A DNA stretch of 64,000 bases, taken from positions 84,942-148,941 of the forward strand of contig JBMFWW010000001.1 of NCBI GenBank assembly GCA_049964835.1, read 5' to 3'. The DNA is from Candidatus Micrarchaeia archaeon (GTDB lineage: Archaea; Micrarchaeota; Micrarchaeia; Micrarchaeales; CABMGC01). The notes below the pieces were generated by a model. That model did no database searches, was not told the DNA's origin, and saw only the letters and a list, made by a program, of their open reading frames with translations. The position numbers and the translations under genes are program-made. Positions 8,772-17,899 of the stretch are shown here, piece after piece (within the stretch, counting starts at the first letter, position 1; the number at the start of each line of letters is the position of its first letter).

Positions 8772-9722
8772 CTATTCTTTTAAATTTTTAAGAAGCGATT
8801 CCTTTAGCTTATCGGCTATAAATCTTTTTGTGTAGTAATCGGCTCTTGCAGCTATGCTTATTTTTGTGGCGTAAGCCCGTGCCATCCTTCCCTTAGCTTT
8901 TTTGTCGTAATTAGCAAGTTCTGGCAATTTAAATAAATATCCGTACTTAGGCGGCTTGCTGCCAAACTTGACGTGCTTGAAAAGTGCCTTTTCAGCACCC
9001 AATAACTGTATCGTGCTAGCTGGCAAAATAGCTAAATGCTCAAGTGATCCAGCGGCGCTTAGCATCTCTGCGGCTATCTTATAATCTATCAAATAAACTA
9101 TATTTGGCATAAGCTTTTTAGTCTGAATTTCTAGGAAAGCGCTTAAGCTGTCTTGCAACTTAATTATTGAAAGTTCTTCTTCTGCAAGATTTTTTAATGC
9201 AACATACTCTTCTGAGTCTATCTCCGGGAATCCTTCAGATGTTCTAATCTTCTCAAGCACTCTTTGGTGCTCTTCACCAATAATTTCTTTTAATAGTTCT
9301 TCATCAATATCTCTATTTTTTACTTTAGATATAATCTTCGCATATGTTTCGTGGTTATTTAGTTTAAGATTAGGAAAGTATGCACTATACCATTCTTCAA
9401 GCCTTTCATAAACAGTATTTCTTATTTTAGTTATTTCGTTATAGGCTTTTATTGCCTCTATTATCGAGTGATCTATTGCTGTTGTTTTATACGCGTCCAT
9501 GACATCTCCCATGGCCCTTTTCATAAATCTTGCTCTTCTTTCATCATTTCTTCCATCTCCGCTAAAATGTCTATCTCTATCTTTGAAGTTTCCTTCTCTT
9601 CCATTTCTATTTCCATACCCAGGAGCATTGTTCCTATTTCTAATACTATGTCTATCTCTTCCCCCATCCTTATTCATATTATCTCTGAATCTATTTTTTC
9701 TATAATTGTTTTTTTCAGGCAA
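8772..9722 (-). CDS. nop5: Nop5/Nop56-58 C/D RNP core protein with a low-complexity N-terminus
   Basis: ERLEEWYSAYFP; LPASTIQLLGAEKALF; PPKYG; GRMARAYATKISIAARADY. Confidence 0.93.
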   Translation of the reverse strand: MPEKNNYRKNRFRDNMNKDGGRDRHSIRNRNNAPGYGNRNGREGNFKDRDRHFSGDGRNDERRARFMKRAMGDVMDAYKTTAIDHSIIEAIKAYNEITKIRNTVYERLEEWYSAYFPNLKLNNHETYAKIISKVKNRDIDEELLKEIIGEEHQRVLEKIRTSEGFPEIDSEEYVALKNLAEEELSIIKLQDSLSAFLEIQTKKLMPNIVYLIDYKIAAEMLSAAGSLEHLAILPASTIQLLGAEKALFKHVKFGSKPPKYGYLFKLPELANYDKKAKGRMARAYATKISIAARADYYTKRFIADKLKESLLKNLKE

Positions 9723-9793
9723 GAAGACACCTACTTACAATATTATATAATAACAACTCGGCAAACTAAATAACTTTCGTTACTTATTAAATA

Positions 9794-10152
9794 TAGGAAC
9801 TTGACATTTTCATTCACTCACCTCGTCAAATACAAACACATTACATCACGTATTTCATGAGGTATGCAATAAGGCAAAATATACATGAATTGCGATCTTA
9901 TTTATTCCAACAAATCTATTTTTGAAAGACCAAAAACTCCTTTTAATCTTGAAAAAATCCTTTCTATTGCCATCGTTTTCCGTAATTACAATCCTTTGAA
10001 ATCTCTGGTGTTCTAACTCTTCTACCATTTCTTGCAATTACGGGAATTATGAGATTACCTCTTAATTCTTCCTTTATCTCTGTAGAATCAAAAGCAGAAT
10101 CAGCAATGTACTTTGCACCATACTTGAAGCCAAATTTATCACGTGTTAATCT
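9794..10152 (-). mobile_element. IS5-like DDE transposase 3' remnant with terminal end (copy A)
   Basis: Frameshifted translation KYIADSAFDSTEIKEEL...IIPVIARNGRR...KRWAIERIFSRLK...NRFVGINK; end ...ATGTCAAGTTCC|TA. Confidence 0.75.
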
Positions 10153-10155
10153 AAA

Positions 10156-10319
10156 GAGTTTTTGGAGTGCAGGTTATGGTAGCAGTAATGCTGGACCTCA
10201 AATCGAAGAAATAGTAAGGAATTATATCAAGACAACAGGACATTTCGGGGCAAATGAAATTGACATAACTCCTTTATTCAAAAATGATACCTAGAGCTTT
10301 AGCTATAGGAGAAGGTCAT
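10156..10319 (+). mobile_element. IS200-type TnpA (Y1) C-terminal remnant plus right-end hairpin (copy A)
   Basis: FWSAGY...GPQIEEIVRNYIK matches the TnpA catalytic-Tyr helix; hairpin CCTAGAGC-TTTA-GCTATAGG then AGAAGGTCA. Confidence 0.65.
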
Positions 10320-10461
10320 TCTGTATTTATAATAAATTGCAATTTAAATTTTACTTTAATATTAAAATTTATAATATTTTTAATTGCTGTATGTTTCAAG
10401 AAACAATTTATACCTTTGTTAAGTATATATTTATAATATTATCAATCAAAAAAGCATCATT

Positions 10462-10497
10462 GGAAGCCTACACCGTTTACGGGTGGGAGGATGTCAC
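10462..10497 (+). mobile_element. Solo IS200/IS605 right end (subterminal hairpin ...GGAGGATGTCAC)
   Basis: 34/36 identical to the tnpB element right end at 56068-56103. Confidence 0.85.
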
Positions 10498-10573
10498 ATT
10501 TACTAAATATCTTTATTAAAAAATATTTATTAAAAAACATTAAAATATTAAATAAAATATATATTAAAACAAC

Positions 10574-12070
10574 ATGGTAATGGTAGATTCAATGCAAAAA
10601 AATGAAAAAGAAAGCAAGGTATCCTCAATTGTAGAAAGAAGAGGCATATACTATCAGGCATTTGATATTTACTCTGGAACAAGTGGTTTTTATGATTACG
10701 GGCCAATTGGTCTTAGAATAAAAAGAAATGTAGAAAGCGTTTGGAGAAATATTTTTGTAGACTGGCTAGGTTCTTTAGAGGTAGATACAACAACAATTGT
10801 TCCGGAGATTGTACTAAAAGCTAGCGGCCATGTTGCAACCTTCACAGATCCAGTTTCTAGCTGCAAAAAATGTAAAACCTCATACAGAGTTGACAAATTA
10901 CTAGAAGAGTTCTATGAAAAAAGAAACGATTCGGTATCATTAGCAGAGCTTAAAAAGATGGACAAGCAAATAATGCAAAAAAAATTAATTGAGCATGGGC
11001 TAAAATGCGAAAAGTGTGGCGGAGAGTTATCTCCTATAGAAGATTTTCACCTTATGTTCAAATTGCAGATAGGTCAAGAAAAAGAAAATGTTGGCTATTT
11101 AAGACCTGAAACTGCTCAGGGTATCTTTGTAGACTTCAAAAATCTATCAAAAATATATAGTTTGAAACTTCCTGCTGCAATAGCTCAAGTAGGTAAAGCT
11201 TATAGAAATGAAATTTCTCCAAGGCAGCAGCTTGTAAGAGTAAGAGAGTTCACACAGATGGAAACTGAGGTATTCTTTGATCCGAATGCAGATCAAGATG
11301 CTTTTAATGGTCTTGAAATTGAAAAAATGCTTGATGAAAAGGTTAATTTTTGTCCATCAAATCAAGAGGAAAGACTCTATAGCATAAGAGAGCTTCTTGA
11401 AAAAAAATACATACCAAATAAACTTTTCGCAATGTGCATATACTCAGAATTAAAAATGTTAAAATTACTCGGAATAGCAGATGAAAAGATATATACCTTC
11501 AGGCAGCTGCAAAAAGAGGAGCTGCCTCATTATTCAAGAGGCAACGTTGATTTAGAAATAAAGACTTCTTATGGAAATATCGAGGTTTCAGGCATAGCTT
11601 ATAGAACCGATTATGACCTCTCACAACATTCAAAATTATCCGGCAAAGAGATAACCGTCTCAAACGGCGAGAATAAATTTATACCACATGTAGTAGAAGC
11701 AAGTGTTGGTTTGGACAGGCTTCTCTTTTCAGTTTTAGACAATTCATTTCAAGATGGAAAAGAGAGGGGCTGGGAGTGGCTAAAGCTTTCTGATGAAGTA
11801 TCTCCATACAAATATGCGGTATTTCCACTTCAGAACGATGATGATTTAGAAAAGAAAGCAAACGAAGTTCTTTTAATGCTTAAAGATAAAAAAATACCTT
11901 GCTATTTAGCAAGGTCGGGCAGCATAGGTAAACGCTACGCAAGAGCCGACGAAATAGGTGTAAGATATGCAATTACCTGTGATTATGATACCTTAAAAGA
12001 CAACACCGTAACAATAAGAGACAGAGACAGTGCAAAGCAGGTACGAAAAAAAATAAGCGAGATAAACTAA
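10574..12070 (+). CDS. glyS: Glycine--tRNA ligase (alpha2, archaeal/eukaryal type)
   Basis: GFYDYGPIG; LRPETAQG; YRNEISPRQ; REFTQME; PHVVEAS; SIGKRYARADEIG. Confidence 0.97.
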   Translation: MVMVDSMQKNEKESKVSSIVERRGIYYQAFDIYSGTSGFYDYGPIGLRIKRNVESVWRNIFVDWLGSLEVDTTTIVPEIVLKASGHVATFTDPVSSCKKCKTSYRVDKLLEEFYEKRNDSVSLAELKKMDKQIMQKKLIEHGLKCEKCGGELSPIEDFHLMFKLQIGQEKENVGYLRPETAQGIFVDFKNLSKIYSLKLPAAIAQVGKAYRNEISPRQQLVRVREFTQMETEVFFDPNADQDAFNGLEIEKMLDEKVNFCPSNQEERLYSIRELLEKKYIPNKLFAMCIYSELKMLKLLGIADEKIYTFRQLQKEELPHYSRGNVDLEIKTSYGNIEVSGIAYRTDYDLSQHSKLSGKEITVSNGENKFIPHVVEASVGLDRLLFSVLDNSFQDGKERGWEWLKLSDEVSPYKYAVFPLQNDDDLEKKANEVLLMLKDKKIPCYLARSGSIGKRYARADEIGVRYAITCDYDTLKDNTVTIRDRDSAKQVRKKISEIN

Positions 12071-12122
12071 AGTTTACAGATAAATTGATAAATAGTATAT
12101 AGTAATATTAAATGGTGTTTAA

Positions 12123-13025
12123 ATATATCTTGAAAGTACATTCCAATCGTTCAGAAAACCAATTAAAATAAATGCAGAAACATTAAATTTAAAAGATACT
12201 ATTGAAAGCGGGCAACCCCTTACCTTTTATTCTGATTTTGTGCATAAAAGTGATTGGGACATACTACGTTACACTACTCAAAGGGGAGTAATACTAATAA
12301 GTAAAAGTACCTTAGATAATATTATAAGATTAGATTATTTTGGTGATTACACCTCTATAAATGCTAAAAAAGAGGTAATTGCAAGATTAGGATTAGATCA
12401 TGACATTTCACAGGTATACTCTAGTATAAAAACAGATCAGTATATGGAAGACGCAATAAATAAATTTTATGGAATGAGAATCACGAAAAATTCTCCATGG
12501 GAAACTACATTATGTTTTTTAATATCACAATTCAACAACATTAAAAGAATACGACTTACAATGAGAAATATAATTGAAAAATTTGGGGATCCCTATTATA
12601 TAGATGGAAAGAGGATTAATCTGTTTCCAACACCAGAACGAATATCAAAAGCATCAATATCTGAGTTGATGTCTTGTGGCACAGGTTTTAGAGCAAAATA
12701 TATAAAATCTGTCTCAAACGAGATAAAAAATAGTTTTTCATTTGATCATTTAGAAAAATTAGAGTATGATGAAGCTAAAAAGGAGCTCATGACTCTTGAA
12801 GGTGTAGGTGATAAAGTTGCAGATTGTATACTGCTTTTTGGTTATAAACATTATGAATCATTTCCTATAGATGTCTGGATAAAGAGAATAATAGAGAAGA
12901 AGTATTTAAATGGAAAAAAGAAGGATCAAAAATATATTCACAATTTTGCTAATAAGAAATGGGGCCCAATGGCAGGATATGCACAACAATATCTTTATTG
13001 GTATGGTAGGAATATTACATTGTAA
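12123..13025 (+). CDS. ogg: 8-oxoguanine DNA glycosylase (Ogg1/HhH-GPD type)
   Basis: LNLKDTIESGQ N-domain motif lies upstream of the tracked GTG at 12240; HhH LEGVGDKVADC; FPIDVW; AGYAQQYL; proposed ATA start at 12123. Confidence 0.9.
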   Translation: MYLESTFQSFRKPIKINAETLNLKDTIESGQPLTFYSDFVHKSDWDILRYTTQRGVILISKSTLDNIIRLDYFGDYTSINAKKEVIARLGLDHDISQVYSSIKTDQYMEDAINKFYGMRITKNSPWETTLCFLISQFNNIKRIRLTMRNIIEKFGDPYYIDGKRINLFPTPERISKASISELMSCGTGFRAKYIKSVSNEIKNSFSFDHLEKLEYDEAKKELMTLEGVGDKVADCILLFGYKHYESFPIDVWIKRIIEKKYLNGKKKDQKYIHNFANKKWGPMAGYAQQYLYWYGRNITL

Positions 13026-13621
13026 TGGGTATATTAATGATAAAAAACATCGATATAATAGAAAAAAAGATTATGGCTCTCCACTCTAGAAGAGATAAGG
13101 TTTTAGGGCTTTCGAGAGAGATAGTGTTGCTTTCTGGCAGAACAATAACCGCCATACACGCTGACAAATTAAAGGAAGCAGGTACATCAATCAAAAAATT
13201 AAAACTTCTAGATAAAAATTTAAAAAATATAGAAAAAGGATTCGAATACAATTCACAACAAGCGCATCAGGAATTTGTAGAAGCATATTCCTTATTCATA
13301 ATGGTTAATGAAAATAGACTTCCAGAGATGTTAGAGCTTAAGACAGATGAAATAAGTTATCTTCTTGGTCTTCTTGATGTTGTTGGAGAATTAAAAAGAA
13401 AAGGCTTTGATTGTTTAAGATCTGGTCAGTATAAAAAAACAGAGATTTACTATAAATTAATGCTTGAAATATATGATTCTACAGTTCCATTGAGATTTGC
13501 AAATTCAATACTGCCAGATTTTAGGAAAAAACAAGACGTTGCACGTATGCAAATAGAAAGAACCGGAACAGAACTGCTATTTTTTTCTCAGAAAGATAAA
13601 ATTCCAATAAAATTGGACTAA
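13025..13621 (+). CDS. Translin/Trax-family protein
   Basis: SREIV; QEFVEA; YLLGLLDVVGELKR; FRKKQD. Confidence 0.88.
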   Translation: MGILMIKNIDIIEKKIMALHSRRDKVLGLSREIVLLSGRTITAIHADKLKEAGTSIKKLKLLDKNLKNIEKGFEYNSQQAHQEFVEAYSLFIMVNENRLPEMLELKTDEISYLLGLLDVVGELKRKGFDCLRSGQYKKTEIYYKLMLEIYDSTVPLRFANSILPDFRKKQDVARMQIERTGTELLFFSQKDKIPIKLD

Positions 13622-13699
13622 CACCAAACTAACCTATATAAGAGATAAAATATAATAATCTAAAGCTACATAATTTATTGACCCAATTGAGAGATTAGC

Positions 13700-14881
13700 A
13701 TGGAGCATAGAAAAGTAGCTATAATAACTACAGGTGGAACCATTTCTAGCGTGAGCTCAGAAAATGGCATAAAACCTTCAGAAGGAGTAATAAAGCTAAT
13801 ATTAGAAAAGCTTTCATATAATATGAATACACTTATTTCAAAGGATGGGAAAACAAAGGTAAACATAATACCTTTATTTAACAAAGACAGCACAAACATA
13901 ACTCTTGCAGATCAGGCAAATATAGCTAAAACTGTTTATAATTCATTGACTGATGCTGACGGTATTGTAATTACACATGGCACAGATACGTTGCAGTTTA
14001 CTTCATCAATATTATCTTTAATGGTACAGAATCCAAATAAACCTGTAGTTATTACTGGTTCTATGCAAACCATAGAGAGTGAAAAAACAGATGCATACTC
14101 AAATATTTCTGATGCATTAAAATTTGCAGTAGGCGGCATTAACGGTGTTTTTGTAGCTTTCCATAAAAGGATAATGGCTGCTTCTTGGGTATACGAAACG
14201 AAAGGATCAAACGGACTCACATTTAAGAGTATACTGGGAGATATTGCAAACATAACTAAAGATGAAAACATAATTTACAGAGTATCAAAATATCAAAAGG
14301 CTAAGACCATAAACTCAAGCATATTACAAATTAACTATGATGATAAAATAGGAACATTCACCCTATCTCCAAATGAAAATAATGAAACTTTGCTAGAAAC
14401 ATCACAAAAAAGTGATGGCATTATACTTTTAAGTTATGGATCTGCAGGAATACCTGAGAGAAATTTCAATATAATAAGATCAATATCAAAAAGAATACCA
14501 ATAGTTTTATCATCTCAAGTGCCTTCAATAAGAACAGATTTTGGAAATTATGAAATAAGTATTCTTGCAAAGAAAGCAGGTGTAATAATAGGTACTGGTC
14601 TATACTCTTTTGATTATAGCAATATGGCATTATCGCTTGCAAATTCTGAATACAAAAACGCAAGTACTGAAAAAGAAAGAGAAAATAAACTGAATAAGTT
14701 TGAAGAGGTTTTCAACAAAAATAGAGATAGAGTTTTATTTGAACAGAGTTACTCATATAGAAAGATACTTGATGTTATAAAGGACGGAACTAATACTAAC
14801 CATCATGCTACTACACCAACACACAAAAAAGTAAGCAAATCTTTATATCGTGTTAGTAATAAGGTAGTCAACATCAATTAA
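13700..14881 (+). CDS. Type I L-asparaginase-like protein
   Basis: IITTGGTISS; KDSTN; THGTDT; PVVITGS; no GatD N-terminal domain. Confidence 0.85.
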   Translation: MEHRKVAIITTGGTISSVSSENGIKPSEGVIKLILEKLSYNMNTLISKDGKTKVNIIPLFNKDSTNITLADQANIAKTVYNSLTDADGIVITHGTDTLQFTSSILSLMVQNPNKPVVITGSMQTIESEKTDAYSNISDALKFAVGGINGVFVAFHKRIMAASWVYETKGSNGLTFKSILGDIANITKDENIIYRVSKYQKAKTINSSILQINYDDKIGTFTLSPNENNETLLETSQKSDGIILLSYGSAGIPERNFNIIRSISKRIPIVLSSQVPSIRTDFGNYEISILAKKAGVIIGTGLYSFDYSNMALSLANSEYKNASTEKERENKLNKFEEVFNKNRDRVLFEQSYSYRKILDVIKDGTNTNHHATTPTHKKVSKSLYRVSNKVVNIN

Positions 14882-14959
14882 ATTTTTTAACAAATAGCTA
14901 AAATTAACTCTATAATTTTATACAAAAAGTTTAAAATAATCTAATTATAAACATTATAC

Positions 14960-15241
14960 GTGCTTTCGATGGAAGATTATGAGTTTGATAGGTTAGTAAA
15001 AATATGCAGATTAAAGTTGTCTTCTACTGAAAGTGCTGAAATCAAAAAGGATATAAATGAAATTCTAGAATACTTTAAAATACTAGAAGATATAGACACA
15101 AAAGAAGTAACTGAAGCATTTCATCCAGTTGAAATTCCTGAAAAGTATAACGAAGATGTACCTTTAGATTTTGATAATATCGAAGGAATTTTAAAGAATA
15201 CAAAAACATACCGTTTTTATGTAGTTGGTCCCGAAATATGA
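14960..15241 (+). CDS. gatC: Asp/Glu-tRNA amidotransferase subunit C
   Basis: CRLKL...DINEILEYF..LEDIDT; FYVVGP; first gene of gatCAB. Confidence 0.88.
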   Translation: MLSMEDYEFDRLVKICRLKLSSTESAEIKKDINEILEYFKILEDIDTKEVTEAFHPVEIPEKYNEDVPLDFDNIEGILKNTKTYRFYVVGPEI

Positions 15242-16590
15242 ACTCTTACGAACTTTTTATGAGTAAAGATAAACCTACTGACTATTATGTAAAGTTAAGA
15301 GAAGAAGTACTCAAAATAAATGAAAAGCTGAATATTTTCAATAATGTTTCCGAATCAAACAAATTAAATGGATTTTTGTTTAGTGTAAAGGACAATATTT
15401 GTGTGAAAGATGTTGAAAGTACCGCATCTTCTGAAATTCTAAAAGGATACATACCTCCATTCGATGCGACTGTAATAAAAAAACTAAAAGAAAAGAAAGG
15501 TATGTCATTTTTAGGCAAAACTAATATGGATGAGTTTGGCTTTGGAAGTTTTGGAATTAACTGTAAAAAACCTGCAAAAAATCCTTTTGATGAGAGATAT
15601 GTTGCCGGAGGCTCCAGCAGCGGAGCTGCAGCTGCAACATCTATTTTAAAATACCATATTGCAATAGCAGAATCAACCGGCGGTTCTATATCTACACCTG
15701 CAGCTTTTTGCGGAGTTGTTGGATTCACTCCTACTTACGGTTTGGTATCTAGATATGGATTAATAGATTATGCAAATTCGCTTGATAAAATAGGAGTTAT
15801 AGGTAGATCTGCAGAGGATGTTGAGTTCGCATATAACTTAATAAAAGGTCATGATAAAAATGATACTACTTCATTAAATAAAGAAATTACACGTGAGGAT
15901 AAAAATTCAATAATACTTATAAAAGAGCTTGTTGATGGTCTAAGTCCTGAAGTTGAGAAGGAATTCATGCATCTTGTAGAAAAGCTATCCGGCATGGGCT
16001 ATGCTATAAAAAATAGATCAATGCCATTTATAGATAAAGCAATAGCCTCTTATTACATAATAGCTATGGCCGAAGCATCTACAAATCTTGCAAAGTATAC
16101 AGGCTTTAAATATGGACTTAAAAATCCAGACATAACTCAAGAATATAACACATTTTTCAAGAATGTTAGAGAATCATTTGGAAAAGAGTCCAAGCGCAGA
16201 ATAGTTTTGGGTACATTCGTAAGGAGTTCTAGCGTAAAGGATCTGTATTATTCAAAAGCGCTTAAAGCAAGAGCTATACTAATAAAACAAATGGGTCAAA
16301 TACTTGAGGAAGGCTTTATTCTCTCTCCAGTAATGCCTATAAAAACGCCTAAATTTGAAGAAACATCAACCTTATCTGCATTAGAGGTTTATAAAACCGA
16401 TATACTTACAATACCTCCAAATCTTTGCGGTTTTCCACATATCTCATTTCCATATTCATATATGGAAAATATGCCTTTGGGTGCACAATTAGTAACAAAA
16501 CATTGGAATGATTATGCATTGACAAACTTCGTTTCAAATTGGGAGAAGGGCTTCAATTACAAGTTCAAATATAATATTGGTTCATTATAA
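15238..16590 (+). CDS. gatA: Amidotransferase subunit A (amidase)
   Basis: VKDNI; GKTNMDEF; GGSSSG; TGGSI; GLVSRYGL; NLAKY. Confidence 0.93.
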   Translation: MNSYELFMSKDKPTDYYVKLREEVLKINEKLNIFNNVSESNKLNGFLFSVKDNICVKDVESTASSEILKGYIPPFDATVIKKLKEKKGMSFLGKTNMDEFGFGSFGINCKKPAKNPFDERYVAGGSSSGAAAATSILKYHIAIAESTGGSISTPAAFCGVVGFTPTYGLVSRYGLIDYANSLDKIGVIGRSAEDVEFAYNLIKGHDKNDTTSLNKEITREDKNSIILIKELVDGLSPEVEKEFMHLVEKLSGMGYAIKNRSMPFIDKAIASYYIIAMAEASTNLAKYTGFKYGLKNPDITQEYNTFFKNVRESFGKESKRRIVLGTFVRSSSVKDLYYSKALKARAILIKQMGQILEEGFILSPVMPIKTPKFEETSTLSALEVYKTDILTIPPNLCGFPHISFPYSYMENMPLGAQLVTKHWNDYALTNFVSNWEKGFNYKFKYNIGSL

Positions 16591-16600
16591 TGGTTTTTAC

Positions 16601-17899
16601 ATGAAGATAGGTTTAGAAATTCACGTAGCACTTCCAACAAAGAGCAAGCTTTTCTGTAAATGTAGGACGTACGCTATAGAACCTAATACATCAATATGTC
16701 CAACATGTGCAGGACTTCCTGGAGCAAAGCCCGTTCTTAACAAAAAAGCACTAGAAACATCGTTAAGTATAGCAAAAGCATTAAACTGTAAAATTAGTGA
16801 TAAGACCTCATTTGTAAGAAAGATATACTTCTATCCTGATTTACCAAAATCATTCCAGATAACACAAAAGGATCTTCCAGTTGGCGAAAACGGTAGCATA
16901 TCGATAAATAACAAAAATATTAGAATAAGAAGAGTCCAGCTTGAAGAAGATCCTGCAAAGATAATTCGAGAAGACAATTACACACTTATAGATTATAATA
17001 GATCTGGTCAACCTTTAGTAGAGATAGTTACAGAACCAGATATTAGCTCTGAGGAAGAGTTAAGGCTTTTCATAAATGAGTTAAGAAGTATACTTTACTA
17101 TCTTGATGTAGATATAAACCAAGAAATGAAGGCAGATTTGAACATTTCACTGTCTGAATCGCGCGTAGAAATTAAAAACGTTACAGGTTTAAAAAATTTA
17201 ACTGACGCAATGCATTATGAAATAGAAAGACAGGAGAATCTTATCAAGAATAATCAAGAAATAATAAAAGAAACACGTTCCTTTTCAGAAGCCAAACAAA
17301 TCACAATATCTGCGAGAGAAAAAGAAAGCGATGAGGAATATGGCTTCATCTTTGATTCTGATTTAACCGTTTATACTACAAAGGATTTAGCTACACAAAA
17401 AGCAACATACGCAAGTAAAATAGCTAAAGAATACTCTGAAAAGTACAAAATTAAAGAGTCACAAATTTCTGATTTAATATTATTTAATAAAGATGCTCTT
17501 GCTTTACTTCAAGAGTTTGAGAATAAATACGAATTAAAGTTTATATTAAATGCAATAACTTCTATGCAAAGATATGCAAAAAAGCGAGTAACATCAAAAG
17601 AGTTGGAAAAGGCAATACTTATTTTGCAAAGTGGTGCATATCTTGATTCTAAAATTGTATCCGAAATAGAGTCCGGAAAAGATATAAATATAAATCAGAG
17701 CAAGGTTAATATTGATGAAATAAATACAGAAATAAGATCTCTCATAGAAGATAATAAGAATCTCTTAAAGGAGTACAAGAAGAACAAGAAAATATTAAAC
17801 TTTATAATAGGAAAGGTATCAAAGAAGTTCAATGCTAATCCAAAACTGGTATCTGAACAGCTTGAGAAAATATTATCAGAGGATTTCAAGGTGCAATAA
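16601..17899 (+). CDS. gatB: Amidotransferase subunit B
   Basis: IGLEIHV; KLFC; GLPGAKP; RKIYFYPDLPK; LEED; DYNRSGQPLVEIVTEP; RVEIKN; ATG at 16601 preferred. Confidence 0.95.
   Translation: MKIGLEIHVALPTKSKLFCKCRTYAIEPNTSICPTCAGLPGAKPVLNKKALETSLSIAKALNCKISDKTSFVRKIYFYPDLPKSFQITQKDLPVGENGSISINNKNIRIRRVQLEEDPAKIIREDNYTLIDYNRSGQPLVEIVTEPDISSEEELRLFINELRSILYYLDVDINQEMKADLNISLSESRVEIKNVTGLKNLTDAMHYEIERQENLIKNNQEIIKETRSFSEAKQITISAREKESDEEYGFIFDSDLTVYTTKDLATQKATYASKIAKEYSEKYKIKESQISDLILFNKDALALLQEFENKYELKFILNAITSMQRYAKKRVTSKELEKAILILQSGAYLDSKIVSEIESGKDININQSKVNIDEINTEIRSLIEDNKNLLKEYKKNKKILNFIIGKVSKKFNANPKLVSEQLEKILSEDFKVQ

Noticed and set aside
10049..10294. 81-aa ORF as a real gene
   Set aside because: It is a chimera: the first part is antisense to the IS5-like transposase remnant and the second is a TnpA fragment
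13700..14881. GatD
   Set aside because: No GatD N-terminal domain and no adjacent gatE
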